DNA of 64,000 nt from Terriglobia bacterium. Its GTDB lineage: Bacteria > Acidobacteriota > Polarisedimenticolia > Polarisedimenticolales > JAIQFR01. The position numbers and the translations under genes are program-made. The notes under the pieces are model-generated. The model saw nothing but the letters and a program-made list of their open reading frames with translations. It was not told the DNA's origin and made no database searches. Each line of letters begins with the position of its first letter. Position 1 is the first letter of the stretch. Where the stretch lies: assembly GCA_963748015.1 (NCBI GenBank), contig CAVVHE010000004.1:1440001-1504000 (forward strand), read 5' to 3'. Below, piece after piece: positions 51,830-62,862 of the stretch.

Positions 51830-52351
51830 ATGAAACCGTGCCGGATCCGTGCGCTCGTCGCCGCATCGCTCGCGTTCCTGGTCGCGTTCCCGCTCGCCCC
51901 CGCGTGCGATGCGGCACCTGCCGCCTCCCTCGGCGGCCGGATCGTCTCCGCGGGAACCGACGCCCCGCTCGCCGGGGCGCGTCTCCACGTCGCCGACGGC
52001 CGCTCGGGCCGGATCGTCACCTCGGGAGTCACGGGAGCGGACGGCGCGTTCGAGGTCGCGGGCCTCGAGCCGGCGTCGTACGACCTGGCGGTCGAGTCCC
52101 GCGGCGGCCTCTACGTCGTCGAGACCCCGGTGCGCCTCGCCGGGGGAGAGCGGCGCTCGATCCAGCTCGCCGTCTCGCCCCAGGCCGCGCCGGCTCCGGC
52201 GCAGGACCCGGCTCCCAAGAAGAAATCCGCCGCCGACGTCTGGAACAACCCTCTCACCGCGACGCTGATCGTCGTGGGCGCAGCGGTGGTCCTGGGACTC
52301 GTCGTCGAGAGCGTGGTGGGCAACCCGTCGGCGAGCCCCTCGGTCCCGTAG
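51830..52351 (+). CDS. Exported carboxypeptidase-regulatory-like domain protein with C-terminal TM
   Basis: Signal peptide, GRIV..PLAGA..TGADGAF..GLEPASYDL. Confidence 0.7.
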   Translation: MKPCRIRALVAASLAFLVAFPLAPACDAAPAASLGGRIVSAGTDAPLAGARLHVADGRSGRIVTSGVTGADGAFEVAGLEPASYDLAVESRGGLYVVETPVRLAGGERRSIQLAVSPQAAPAPAQDPAPKKKSAADVWNNPLTATLIVVGAAVVLGLVVESVVGNPSASPSVP

Positions 52352-52459
52352 ACCGCAACGCCTCCGCGGCGCGACACGAGCGCGTCGCCCGAACAAAAAT
52401 AATCCTGCTCCTCGCCTCGTTTTTGCACTTGACTAGGGAAACGTCTAGGAGTAATTATC

Positions 52460-52535
52460 TTGGTGACCTCCTTCTTAGGAGGCCTTGAAACTCGGGCCCG
52501 CCGGCGCAGTCCCGGCCGCCTCGGGTTTCTTTTTC
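52460..52535 (+). ncRNA. Candidate small RNA
   Basis: TTGACT (52429) and TAATTAT (52452) upstream; CCTCCT-TCTT-AGGAGG hairpin; terminal stem plus TTTCTTTTT. Confidence 0.35.
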
Positions 52536-53477
52536 TCAGAGCGCTTTTTCCGCGACGTTCTCCACGTACCAGCGATACGTCGAGGCGAGCCCTTCCTCGA
52601 GGGAGATCCGCGGCCTCCAGCCGAGCGCGAAAAGCCTCGACACGTCGAGCCATTTCCTCGGCGCGCCGTCGGGTTTCGACGTATCGAACACGATCCCGCC
52701 GCGATACCCGGTGACCGCGCGAACCGTCTCCGCGAGCTCGGCGACGGTCCGGTCCTCGCCGCATCCCACGTTGACGATGCCGGCCCCGTCGTAGCGCTCC
52801 ATCAGGAACACCGCGGCGTCCGCGAGATCGTCCACGTGCAGGAACTCGCGCCGCGGCGTGCCGGTCCCCCACACGGTCACGGTGGGCGCGCCCGCCGTCT
52901 TCCCCTCGTGGAACCGCCGGATCAGCCCCGGCAGCACGTGCGAGTGCTCCGGGTGGAAGTTGTCCCCCGGTCCGTAGAGGTTCGTGGGCATCGCGCAGAT
53001 CGCGTTGAAGCCGTACTGGCGCCGGTACGACCGGCACAGCTCGATCCCCGCGATCTTGGCGACGGCGTACGCCTCGTTGGTCGGCTCGAGAGGGCCGGTC
53101 AGCAGCGCGTCCTCGCCGATCGGCTGCGCCGCGTGCTTCGGGTAGATGCACGACGAGCCGAGGAAGAGCAGCTTCGCGGCGCCGAAGCGCCGCGCGGCCT
53201 CGATGACGTGGGTCTCGATCAGCAGGTTCTCCCGGATGAAGTCGGCGGGGAAGGTGTCGTTCGCCACGATCCCGCCCACGCGCGCCGCGGCGAGGAACAC
53301 GAACTCCGGGCGCACCTCGGCGAGGAAGCGCTCCGTGGGCTCCTGGCGCGTGAGGTCGAGATCGTCCCGCTCGCGGGTGATCAGGTTCTCGTAACCGTCC
53401 GCCCGGAGGCGGCGCAGGATCGCCGAGCCGACGAGGCCGGTATGCCCGGCGACGTAGATCGGCGCCCCCCTATTCAC
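52536..53477 (-). CDS. fcl: GDP-L-fucose synthase
   Basis: [50 protein letters not shown]. Confidence 0.96.
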   Translation of the reverse strand: MNRGAPIYVAGHTGLVGSAILRRLRADGYENLITRERDDLDLTRQEPTERFLAEVRPEFVFLAAARVGGIVANDTFPADFIRENLLIETHVIEAARRFGAAKLLFLGSSCIYPKHAAQPIGEDALLTGPLEPTNEAYAVAKIAGIELCRSYRRQYGFNAICAMPTNLYGPGDNFHPEHSHVLPGLIRRFHEGKTAGAPTVTVWGTGTPRREFLHVDDLADAAVFLMERYDGAGIVNVGCGEDRTVAELAETVRAVTGYRGGIVFDTSKPDGAPRKWLDVSRLFALGWRPRISLEEGLASTYRWYVENVAEKAL

Positions 53478-54516
53478 CGCGCTCCCCGCTCGAGACGACC
53501 CGGTGGCCGGCGGCGCGCAGCGTCTTCTCCTGGCGCGCCAGCTCGAGGTCGTGCGCGGTCATCATCCGCACCAGCTCCGCGAAGCCGACCGACGGCCGCC
53601 AGCCGAGCTTCTCCCTCGCCTTGGTCGCGTCGCCGCGCAGGTCGTTGACTTCCGTCGGCCGCAGGTAGCGCGCGTCCAGCTCCACGAGCCCCGCGGGATC
53701 GAGCCCGATCGCGGCGCAGGCCTCCTCGAAGAACTCGCGGACCGAGTGCGCCTCTCCCGTGGCCACGACGTAATCGCCGGGGGCGTCCTGCTGGAGCATC
53801 CGCCACATCGCGTCCACGTAGTCGCCGGCGAAACCCCAGTCGCGCCGCGCCTCGAGGTTGCCGAGGTAGACCTTCCTCGCGAGGCCCTCCTTGATCCGGC
53901 CGAGGGCGCGCGTGATCTTGCGGGTCACGAAGGTCTCGCCCCGCCGCGGCGACTCGTGGTTGAACAGGATGCCGTTCGCGATGAACATCCCGTACGCCTC
54001 GCGGTAGTTCACCCCGTACCAGTGCGCCGCCACCTTGCTGACCGCGTAGGGGCTGCGCGGGTAGAACGGCGTCGTCTCGCGCTGCGGCGAGGGCGCCGCC
54101 CCGAACATCTCGGACGAGCCCGCCTGGTAGATCCTCACCTCGCGGCCGTTCCCGGCCATGTGGTCGCGCAGCGCCTCGAGGAGCCGCAGCGCCCCCACCC
54201 CGTCCACGTCCGCCGTGTAGGTCGGCGCCTCGAAGCTGACCTTGACGTGCGACTGCGCGCCGAGGTTGTACACCTCGTCCGGCTGGACCTTCTCCAGCAC
54301 GCGGCGCAGGCCGGTGCCGTCCGCCAGGTCGCCGTAGTGGAGGAAGAGGCGCGTCCCCGCGTCGTGCGGGTCGCGATAGATGTGATCGATCCGGCCCGTG
54401 TTGAACGTGCTGGCCCGGCGGATGATCCCGTGCACTTCGTACCCCTTCCCGAGCAGCAGCTCGGTGAGGTACGACCCGTCTTGCCCCGTGATTCCCGTGA
54501 TCAGCGCTCGCTTCAT
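53470..54516 (-). CDS. gmd: GDP-mannose 4,6-dehydratase
   Basis: [49 protein letters not shown]. Confidence 0.97.
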   Translation of the reverse strand: MKRALITGITGQDGSYLTELLLGKGYEVHGIIRRASTFNTGRIDHIYRDPHDAGTRLFLHYGDLADGTGLRRVLEKVQPDEVYNLGAQSHVKVSFEAPTYTADVDGVGALRLLEALRDHMAGNGREVRIYQAGSSEMFGAAPSPQRETTPFYPRSPYAVSKVAAHWYGVNYREAYGMFIANGILFNHESPRRGETFVTRKITRALGRIKEGLARKVYLGNLEARRDWGFAGDYVDAMWRMLQQDAPGDYVVATGEAHSVREFFEEACAAIGLDPAGLVELDARYLRPTEVNDLRGDATKAREKLGWRPSVGFAELVRMMTAHDLELARQEKTLRAAGHRVVSSGERGE

Positions 54517-54581
54517 CGCGCAGGCCTCCCGATTCGTCGCCGGGCAAGGTTACACCAGTGGGAACGCGGATGGCGCGCGGG

Positions 54582-56366
54582 TCAGAACCGCCACTCCCCC
54601 ATTCGGTCCGGCTCGGCGTCGGGATTGTCGAGGAACCCGGACCAGCAGGAGACCTCGCGGGCGAGGGCGCGATCGCGGCAGAGGTTGACGCGGCGGAGGG
54701 AGCCCGGGGCGGGGAGGCCGCCGATCGCGTCCCAGGGGATCGCGACCTCGGCGGTCCAGGCGCTCTCGCCGACGTGGACGGCGCTGCGCCACGGCGCCGC
54801 GGAGACCGCGGAGAGCGGCATCGCCCCGGTCCAGGGGCGCTCGCCGCGGACGTTGCCGGGGTTGAGCACGAAGGTGCGGCGCGGCGCCGGCGCCTCGCCG
54901 ACGCTCAGGAACAGCTCGACCTCGTCCCCTTCGTAGCCCGGGCGGTCCGTCCCTTCGAGCGCGGCCTTGAGCCGCGCCGGGTTCGGCTCGTCGCAGCGGA
55001 AGGCCAGGTAGAGCGCCTTGTCGTCGTAGGCGGCCCACGCCGTCGTGCGCGCGTCGGGCAAGTCCTTGAGGGCCTTGGCCCGCACGAGGAACGGCGCCAG
55101 CGGAGAGTGCATGGACCACGCGGGATCGTCGAGGCTGCCGTCGAGGCTAGGAGGCGGCTCCGAGGGCTCGAGCCGCCTCGCGCGGGCGGAGCGCGTGAGG
55201 AGGCGCATGGCGACGGCGCCGTCCCTCGCCTGCCGCGCCCGCGCGACGAAGTCCTCGATCTCGAAGCCGAGCGGCCGGCCGGCGGCGAGCTTCGCCCGCG
55301 CGGACCGCACGGCCTCCTCGACCCCGGCGGGGATCTCCCCTTTCCACCAGCTCATCCCCTCGCCGTAGAACCAGACGTACTCGTCCGTGGTCGCGAGCGA
55401 CCAGTAGACGTTGTGCTCGAGCCAGAGCATCCGGTCCCGCGGGGTCGCGTAGCGCGACGGGTAGTCGCTCCCCGGCTTCCACCGAGCGAGGACGTAGTCC
55501 ATGTACACGGCCATCCCGGCCTGGACGCGCGACGCGTACGCCTCGCGCGCCTCGGGCGGCACCAGCGCCGCGGCGCCCTCCCTCATGAGGCGATAGCCCC
55601 GGCGGAACTCCTCGCGCGAGCCGTAGTAGTACGACGGCTCGTTCCCGTCCACGATCCGCGTCCCCGGCGCCGCGGCGTCGAGCATCCCGGCGACGAACGC
55701 CGGCAGCAGCGCGTAGATGTCGCCGGCGAGCTTGGCCTGCCGTGCCGCGGGGTCCGGCTCGTCCACGAGGGCGCCGAAGATCCCGAGCTGGAACAGCGTC
55801 AACAGGCGCAGCCCGGGCAGCTCGGCCTCTAGCGCCGCGATGAACTGCCCCCCCCGCTTCCGCACCTCGGCCGCAACCTGCTCGAACGAGCGGTCGGGGT
55901 ACGGCCCCGGGAAGGCCCACGGGTTCGCCCCGTACGGCTCGGGATCGAACGCCACCCCGGCGCACCGCCCCGCCTTCGCCGCGCGCGAGACGAGCCGGAG
56001 GTTCCCCGCGATCGCCTCCCACTGCCCGTCGTCGAACCAGTCCATCCCCCAGACGTCGGTGGCGTTGAGCATCAGGAAATTGTCGGTGAAGCGCCGCCAC
56101 TCGATCCCGCGCAACGTCTCGACCTGAGGCGCGAGCCGCGCAGCGTCCCACCGCCGCGTGTCGAACGCCTGGTTCAGCTCGCGCAGCTTGAAGATGACCC
56201 CGTCGAAAGGACGCTGCTCCATCTCCCGGATGTGGTCCCTCACGTAATCCGGGAACGGCACGTCCCACCCGTACTCGACGAGCTTCTTGGCCGGCGCGGT
56301 CTGCGCCATCGCGGCGCCGGCGAGCAGGGCGCCGAGGATCGCGCTGATGATCCGGAGCGTTCTCAC
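54582..56366 (-). CDS. Exported protein with C-terminal CBM9-like sugar-binding domain
   Basis: Signal peptide AMA-Q; LDGSLDDPAW, YDDKALYLAF, D.VELF, WTAEVAIPW; N-terminal domain unassigned; GTG 56366. Confidence 0.65.
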   Translation of the reverse strand: MRTLRIISAILGALLAGAAMAQTAPAKKLVEYGWDVPFPDYVRDHIREMEQRPFDGVIFKLRELNQAFDTRRWDAARLAPQVETLRGIEWRRFTDNFLMLNATDVWGMDWFDDGQWEAIAGNLRLVSRAAKAGRCAGVAFDPEPYGANPWAFPGPYPDRSFEQVAAEVRKRGGQFIAALEAELPGLRLLTLFQLGIFGALVDEPDPAARQAKLAGDIYALLPAFVAGMLDAAAPGTRIVDGNEPSYYYGSREEFRRGYRLMREGAAALVPPEAREAYASRVQAGMAVYMDYVLARWKPGSDYPSRYATPRDRMLWLEHNVYWSLATTDEYVWFYGEGMSWWKGEIPAGVEEAVRSARAKLAAGRPLGFEIEDFVARARQARDGAVAMRLLTRSARARRLEPSEPPPSLDGSLDDPAWSMHSPLAPFLVRAKALKDLPDARTTAWAAYDDKALYLAFRCDEPNPARLKAALEGTDRPGYEGDEVELFLSVGEAPAPRRTFVLNPGNVRGERPWTGAMPLSAVSAAPWRSAVHVGESAWTAEVAIPWDAIGGLPAPGSLRRVNLCRDRALAREVSCWSGFLDNPDAEPDRMGEWRF

Positions 56367-56552
56367 GGGGACTAGGCTACCGCAATCCGACCGCAGCTGG
56401 CCGTCTCCCCTCGGCAACCCTCATCGCTGCATTCGGTGGACCACTCGGGCTTCGCGGCGCGATGTTCGATGCTCGAGTCCCGCATCCCGGTAAGACTTGA
56501 TCCTGACTCACCTCGAGATTTCGGTCGGCTCGCTGACCCGCCTCCCTCCTCC

Positions 56553-56582
56553 TTGACAAGCATTACCACATGGGGTAACAGT
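56553..56582 (+). promoter_or_regulatory. Promoter with palindromic operator for the TA-like pair
   Basis: TTGACA (56553), near-palindrome TTACCACATGGGGTAA (56563-56578), weak -10 near 56576; ATG follows at 56587. Confidence 0.55.
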
Positions 56583-56586
56583 ATTA

Positions 56587-56781
56587 ATGAGCAAGATCCG
56601 GCGGGGTGGATATGTCTTCATCACCAGGATCGGCGACCACATGCCAAGGCACGTCCATGTGTACCGCGATGGAGAGCTCGTCGTGAAGTGGGATCTCGAA
56701 GAGATGCGAGCCATGCGCGGAGAAGGCCCCGCGCGTGTGATCCAGCTGATCGAGGAACTCGAGCGCGAGGGGTTGTTATGA
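56587..56781 (+). CDS. DUF4160-like putative toxin
   Basis: 64 aa, GGYVF..DHMPRHVHV motif. Confidence 0.75.
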   Translation: MSKIRRGGYVFITRIGDHMPRHVHVYRDGELVVKWDLEEMRAMRGEGPARVIQLIEELEREGLL

Positions 56782-57245
56782 AAATCCGTGCGGTGTCGGC
56801 CAACAACCGGAAGAAGGTCTTCGAGGTGAGAACGGCGACGACGCTACTTTCGTTTCCCTACGTCAAGTCCGACCCGAAGCCGACGCCCGAGGACCGGATC
56901 GAGCGCCTCTACGTTGACGACGAGCTGGCCCGTGAGGGGTTCACCTACGTCCTGGAGTCCGGGCGGGAGGGAACCGTCCACATCGAGCACGTTCTCGAGT
57001 ACAACAAAGACCCCGGATTCCTCCGCGATGCGCTGCTCTACAAGCTCACCATCGAGGCCGGGAAGCGCGTCGCCGCGAGCCCGCTTGCGCGCCGGGAGAT
57101 CATCCGGCGCCTCGACACGTCGGCCACCCAGTTCTATCGCCTGCTCGACCCGACGAACTACCGGAAGTCCATCGACCAGGTACTCTCCCTCCTCCACGTC
57201 CTCGACTGCGACGTGGACCTGGTGGTGCGCGACAGGAGCGCATGA
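56778..57245 (+). CDS. Putative antitoxin with C-terminal HTH
   Basis: ATGA-coupled to the toxin; REIIRRLDTSATQFYRLLDP..SIDQVLSLLHVLDCDV is XRE-like. Confidence 0.7.
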   Translation: MKIRAVSANNRKKVFEVRTATTLLSFPYVKSDPKPTPEDRIERLYVDDELAREGFTYVLESGREGTVHIEHVLEYNKDPGFLRDALLYKLTIEAGKRVAASPLARREIIRRLDTSATQFYRLLDPTNYRKSIDQVLSLLHVLDCDVDLVVRDRSA

Positions 57246-57262
57246 ACGGCGAAAGCCACCGC

Positions 57263-57291
57263 TTGACTGCCCGCCCCGTCCTCGCAATACT
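57263..57291 (+). promoter_or_regulatory. Possible sigma-70 promoter of the wzc operon
   Basis: TTGACT-17 nt-AATACT, about 95 nt upstream of wzc. Confidence 0.35.
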
Positions 57292-57384
57292 AGGCCGACT
57301 TCCCGGACGACCCGCATCCTACCCCCGGGTCTGGGGGAAGATGTTGTCGTGTAGGGAGTTCCGCTCGAAGAGCCGGGAGGCAGG

Positions 57385-59709
57385 ATGACCGATCCGAACA
57401 CCGGAGCCAGCGGGCCCGCGGGGCCGGCGCCCCAGGACGGCCAGCAGGAAGAATCCATCCACCTCCTGGACTACTGGCGGATCCTGGTCGAGCGGCGCGC
57501 GGTGGTGTTCGCGTGCCTCGCCATCCTCGTGACGAGCGCCCTGGTCTACTCCCTCTTCGCCACCCGCGAGTACGAGGCGGTCACGACGATCCAGATCGAG
57601 CGGCAAGGGCCCGAGATCCTCGGCTTCAAGGACGTCGTCAGCGTGGACTCGGCCTGGAACGCCTACCAGGACTTCTACCAGACCCAGTACAAGATCCTGC
57701 AGAGCCGCACGGTCGCCCGCATCGCGGCGGAGCGGCTCGACCTGATGAACCGCCCCGAGTTCGTCTCGAGGCGAAGCTCCCCGATCCAGCGCGCCATCTC
57801 GGCCCTCCGCTCGTCCATCTCCTTCTCGAGCGCGGCGCCGGACCTCAACAACGACCCGCTGCGCCCCGCGATCGGCTTCATCCAGGGGAGCCTCGCCGTC
57901 CAGCCGATCCGCAACAGCCGCCTGGTGAAGATCTCGTTCACCGACAGCAACCGCGTCCTGGCCGCCGAGGTCGCCAACTCCATCGCCGAGGCCTACCAGC
58001 AGTTCAACTTCGACGCCCGCTACAGCACGACCAGCCAGGCGTCCGAGTTCCTCACCAAGGAAGTCGCGCGCGTGCAGCGCGAGATCTCCGACCTCGAGGG
58101 GAAGCTGCAGGAGTACAGCCGGAAGAAGGAGATCCTCTCGGCCAACGACGGCACCCGGGACATCAGCCAGCAGGCGCTCTCGGACCTCAACACCCGCTAC
58201 GTGGACGCGCAGGGCCGCCTGGCGATCGCCGAGGCGCGCTACAACGCGGCCAAGAGCATCCCGCCCGAGTCGCTCCCCGAGGTGCTGAACTCGCCGCTGA
58301 TCTCGAACCTGAGGCAGCAGTACGCCGAGGTCGAGCGGCGCCACAGCCAGATGTCCGAGCGGTTCAAGCCCGACTGGCCCCCCCTGCAGCAGCTCCAGCA
58401 GGAGCTGGACATCGCGCGCGACCGCCTGCGCATCGAGTCGGAAGGCATCGCGAGCCAGGTGCGCGGCGTCGCCAGGGCCGACTACGACCGGGTGCGCGGC
58501 GAGGTCGCCGGCCTCCAGACGCAGCTCGAGACGCAGAAGCAAGAGGTGCAGCGGGTCAACCGGGACGGGATCGAGTACGCGAGCCTGAGATCCGAGATCG
58601 AATCGCGCCGCAACGTCCTGGGCAACCTCGTCGCCCGCAAGAGCGAGACGTCCACATCCGAGAGGCTCGCCGACACGCGCGCGAGCAACGTGAGGATCGT
58701 GGACCGCGCCGAGCCGCCGCGGTCGCCCGTCCGGCCGCGGAAGGCCCTCAACCTGCTCCTCTCGGTCGTCTTCGGCCTTGGCCTCGGCGTCGGCATGGCG
58801 TTCCTGCTCGACCATCTCGACAACACCCTCAAGACCGAGCAGGACCTGCAGCGGGCCGCCGGCCTCCCCGCGCTGGGGTACGTGCCGCTCCTCCAGCCCT
58901 TGCGCGTCGTGACGGAGGGATCGGAGAAGAGCCCGGCCGCGCCCCCCTCGCAGGCCGTCGATCTCGCCAGCCATCGCGACCCACGCTCGCAATTCTCCGA
59001 GGCGTTCAAGAACCTGCGGACCTCGCTCCTGCTGGCGTCGGCCTCGCGCCCGCCGCGCACGATCGTGGTCACCTCCGCCGAGCCGGGGGACGGAAAATCC
59101 ACAGTCGCCCTCAACCTCGCCATCGTGCTGACCCAGCTCGGGCGGCGCGTGCTGATCGTGGACGCCGACCTTCGAAGGCCGCGCCTCCACAAGATGCTGC
59201 ACGCCCCGAACACCGTCGGCCTGTCGAGCTACTTGAGCGGAAACGCGCAGCCGGCCGAGCTGATGCAGGAGACCGAGGTCCCGAACCTGCTCGCGATCAC
59301 GAGCGGTCCGATCCCGCCGAACCCCAGCGAGCTGCTCGGCTCCTCGACCCTCGAGACGATGGTCGAGCGGCTGATCGAGGTGGGGCGCTTCGACCACGTG
59401 ATCCTCGACTCTCCCCCGGCCGTCCAGATCGCCGACAGCGTGATCCTCTCGTCCCGCATGGAAGCGACGATCCTGGTCGTGCGGGCGGGGAAGACCTCGC
59501 GCACGTCGGTCGCGCAGGCGGCGGGGCGCCTTCGCCAGTCCCGGGGGCGCGTGGTGGGCGCGGTCCTCAACGCCATCCAGGAGTCCGGCCGGTACTACTA
59601 CTACTACCGGTACAAGTACTACCGGCACTACGGAGAGGAAGACCAGACCGCGGGTGAGCCGAAGCCGGCCTGGTCGCGCAAGTCGCGCCGCCGCGCCGGG
59701 CAAGCGTAG
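57385..59709 (+). CDS. wzc: Polysaccharide co-polymerase/tyrosine autokinase (Wzc/GumC)
   Basis: Two TMs flanking coiled coil, EAFKNLRT, Walker A PGDGKST, DADLRRP, PPNPSELL, ILDSPP, C-terminal Tyr cluster. Confidence 0.93.
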   Translation: MTDPNTGASGPAGPAPQDGQQEESIHLLDYWRILVERRAVVFACLAILVTSALVYSLFATREYEAVTTIQIERQGPEILGFKDVVSVDSAWNAYQDFYQTQYKILQSRTVARIAAERLDLMNRPEFVSRRSSPIQRAISALRSSISFSSAAPDLNNDPLRPAIGFIQGSLAVQPIRNSRLVKISFTDSNRVLAAEVANSIAEAYQQFNFDARYSTTSQASEFLTKEVARVQREISDLEGKLQEYSRKKEILSANDGTRDISQQALSDLNTRYVDAQGRLAIAEARYNAAKSIPPESLPEVLNSPLISNLRQQYAEVERRHSQMSERFKPDWPPLQQLQQELDIARDRLRIESEGIASQVRGVARADYDRVRGEVAGLQTQLETQKQEVQRVNRDGIEYASLRSEIESRRNVLGNLVARKSETSTSERLADTRASNVRIVDRAEPPRSPVRPRKALNLLLSVVFGLGLGVGMAFLLDHLDNTLKTEQDLQRAAGLPALGYVPLLQPLRVVTEGSEKSPAAPPSQAVDLASHRDPRSQFSEAFKNLRTSLLLASASRPPRTIVVTSAEPGDGKSTVALNLAIVLTQLGRRVLIVDADLRRPRLHKMLHAPNTVGLSSYLSGNAQPAELMQETEVPNLLAITSGPIPPNPSELLGSSTLETMVERLIEVGRFDHVILDSPPAVQIADSVILSSRMEATILVVRAGKTSRTSVAQAAGRLRQSRGRVVGAVLNAIQESGRYYYYYRYKYYRHYGEEDQTAGEPKPAWSRKSRRRAGQA

Positions 59710-59726
59710 CCGCGGGCCGCACGGCC

Positions 59727-61281
59727 ATGTCCGTCGAGACAGCTCGAACCGGCCTCCGCGGGGCGCTCCTGGCCCTTCTCCTGCTCTCGCCCCTTCCCTT
59801 CGGGAGCGTCGAGCCGTGGGCCGTGCTGGCCCTCGAGCTTTCGGCCGCGGCCCTGGGCGCCGTCGCCCTGTGCCTCGTCGCCCTCGACCCGGCCGTGCTC
59901 GAATCGCGGGCGCGGATGGCGCTGGCCCTCGGCGGGACCGTCGTCCTCATCGGCGTCGTGCAGCTCGTGCCGCTGCCGGGGGGCTGGTCGCGCCTCGTGG
60001 CCTCGCCGACGCAGGCGCTGCGAGAGCAGCTCGCGCGGTTCCTGCCGGAGGTTTCGGCGACGGTGACGCCGCAGAGCCTCGAGCCGCCGGCCACGTCGGA
60101 CGCGGTCCTCCGGTTCGCCGCCTACGTCCTGATCGGCCTCGCCGCGGTGGTCGCCGTGCGTACCCCCGCGCACCTGCGGCAGGTCGCCGTGGTCATCGCC
60201 GCCTCCGGAGCGTTCCAGGCGATCTACGGCTCCGCGGAGTACCTGACCGGCCACCAGCACATCTTCGGCTACGCCAAGAAGTTCTACGCGGACGAGGCGA
60301 GCGGGACGTTCATCAACCGGAACCACTTCGCCGGCTACCTGGCGATGACGCTGCCGTTCGCCCTCGGGCTGATGCTCGACAGCGCGCGCAGCCTGCCCGA
60401 CGCGCGCTCGTTTCGGGAGAGGATCCTGCAGCTCGGCGAGACGGGAGGCCTGCGCCTGGCCCTGGGCGCCGCCGCGGCCGCCGCGATCTGGATCGGCGTG
60501 ATCCTGTCGTACTCGCGCGGCGGCCTGGCGGTCGCGCTCGCGGGGACCGCGTTCCTCGCCTGGCGCCTGAGCCTGCGGCGCAGGCGAGCGTGGCTTCTCG
60601 TCGCGGCGCTCCTGATCCCCACCGCCCTGCTCCTGTGGTCGCAGGTGCGCGCGCCCGGCGAGCGATTCGTCTCCGAGAGCAGCAATGTCACCACGCTTGA
60701 ACGGCCGCCTGCCCGTGTGGCGCGCGTCGCTGGCCATGATCCCCGGCTACTGGGCTCTCGGCACCGGCATCGGGACGTTCGAGAGCGCCTTCGAGCTGGT
60801 CCGGCCTCCCGCCCTCGAAGGCGGCTGGGACCACGCGCACAACGACTGGCTCGAGGGGCTGACCGAAGGCGGCCCCCTCGCACTCGCGGCCGGTGTGCTC
60901 CTCGCGGTCGTGGCCCTGGGACTGCGCTCGCGCGCGCCGAAGTCCGAGCGTGGCCAGGACCCGATTCACATGGCCGCCTGCGCCGCGGTCGTCGCGATCG
61001 CGCTCTTCAGCCTGGGGGACTTCTCGCTTCGCATCCCGGCGATCGCGCTTCTGTCGGCGGCCGCCGTACCGCTGGCCGCGAGCCGCCTCCTGGGCGCGCC
61101 CTTCGCGCGGTGGCGCGTCGGTGCTTTCCCACCGGCGCCAGCAGCTCGCGGGGCAATCGGGGGCTTAGCGCTCAGTCCGCAGCCGGCGCGAAAGTCACGT
61201 CGTCGAGCCAGGCGTCCATCGTTCCCGGGAATGCAACTAGGAATTCGATTCGAACCACCGTGGCTCCCGGGGGCGACGTGA
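59727..61281 (+). CDS. O-antigen ligase family protein, one frameshift near 60697
   Basis: First frame GTFINRNHFAGYL and SYSRGG; second frame GRLPVW..GTGIGTF..HAHNDWLE; removing one T of CTTG joins them. Confidence 0.85.
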
Positions 61282-61504
61282 ACTGCCTGCGTCGGCCCGG
61301 GCTCAGGATGTACCCCCCTCTGCGTGGGTAACATCGTACGTGGCGCGATGATGCAGACCACGGTCACATGGTTGAGACGGCGCGATTCGATCGCTGCCCA
61401 GGAACCCGCGTTACTGGCGTATGCTTGAGGACCGTGCGGGGTCAGATTCCAGACTAGGAAGCGATTCTCGAGTTGTGAGGTACCCTGTCGCCGTGCAGCC
61501 AAGA

Positions 61505-62842
61505 ATGTTGATTCGTCACGCTCAATCGATCCTGCGCCGGTCAATCCTGCAACTGGCGTTCGCAGGCTCGAGTTCGACGTCGAGCCGTTTCTTTGGGGCT
61601 GCTACTTGGTCGGCCTTGGGTGGAGCCACAACACGAGGAGTCAATCTAGCGCTCGCGCTTGTCTGTGCGCGCCTGCTCGGGCAGGACGAATTTGGCAGAT
61701 TAACAATGATCCAGAGCACGCTCGCAACGCTGAGCACTTACGCTGGCCTAGGCCTAGGCCTGACGGCGGCGAAGTGCGTTGCTGAGTTTCGAACAACCGA
61801 CCCCCCCGCGCGCCGCTCGAATGCTGGTCCTAACGCAATACGTTGCAGTAGTCTCGGGTCTCCTCATGACAGCGACTCTTGTCCTTCTCGCCAGACCAAT
61901 CGCCGAAAGCGTGCTGGCGGCAAAGAACTTGACAAAGCCCCCTCTTAATGGGCACCGGCTTGGTTTTCTTCGGCGCCGTTACCGGAACCCAAACCGGTGC
62001 CCTCGCGGCGCTTGAGGCATTCAAGGTCTCCGCTTTCGTCAGTACAGCCTGCAGCGTTATCACTTTTCTGCTCGTTTCCCTCTGTGCCTCCGTGAGCGGT
62101 CTTTCTGGCGCCGTGTTAGGGTTCGTCGCCGCGTCGGCCCTGTCCTGGCTTGCGCTGCACGCAACCACCCGTCGCGTTGCCGTAAGCCGCGGCCTACCTT
62201 CGCGGGCCCACGCGTGGTGGCGTGAGTGGCGAGTGCTGTACCGCTTTAGTCTACCCACGTTCCTGGGCAGCGCTGCGGTAGCCCCTGCCCTATGGGTATC
62301 CAACGCACTTCTCGTTCGACAGCCGAGTGGCTATGCGGAGCTCGCCGTCTTTTCCGCCGCTGACCGCTGGCGCCTGTTCGTGCTTTTCTTCCCTTCAACA
62401 CTAAGCGTCGTCGGGGCTCCCCTTCTTGACAACTTCTTTCGCCGAAGGCAGATCATCCGAGTTTCGTTCTATTTTCCGCGCCAACATGCTATTGAACTTC
62501 GCGGTGACTGTTCCTGTAGCCATGATCGTTGCGATCTGCTCCCCAACCTTGATGGGGTCTTTCGGAGGCGCCTTCAGGCAAGGGTCAATGGTGCTCGTTG
62601 TGCTCTGCATTTCCACCCTGCCGATAGTCCTAAACACATCGGTTGGACAGGCAGTGGTTAGTCGCGGGATGGTTCGGGCAAGGCTGCTGTTGGACCTCCT
62701 CCTCGCCGGCACGTTGGTCGCCGCGGCTGCGGTGGCTGTGCCACGGTGGGGCGCGTTCGGCCTCGCGATCTCTCATGCAGTTGCTTACGGCTTAACTGTG
62801 TTGTTCCTGCTTCTCTTCTTGAGCTATCGGCGACGTCCATAA
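61505..62842 (+). CDS. wzx: Wzx-type oligosaccharide flippase, three frameshifts
   Basis: ARLLGQDEFG, GLGLGLTAAK, multi-TM pieces in four successive ORFs (61421, 61779, 61948, 62426); start uncertain. Confidence 0.8.
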
Positions 62843-62862
62843 GCAGTTGGAGAATCACTCTC

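Noticed and set aside
52485..53648. 387-aa ORF after AGGAGG, antisense to fcl
   Set aside because: The SD-to-TTG gap is only 2 nt, a terminator-like stem follows, and the ORF is the mirror frame of fcl/gmd.
61438..61487. GGGGTCAGATTCC...GAGGTACCC REP-like remnant before wzx
   Set aside because: The arms pair poorly and there is a single copy; cannot be supported.
61801..61807. Phase variation by the C7 tract in wzx
   Set aside because: The tract is short and several other frameshifts affect the same and neighbouring genes, which favours sequencing error or decay.
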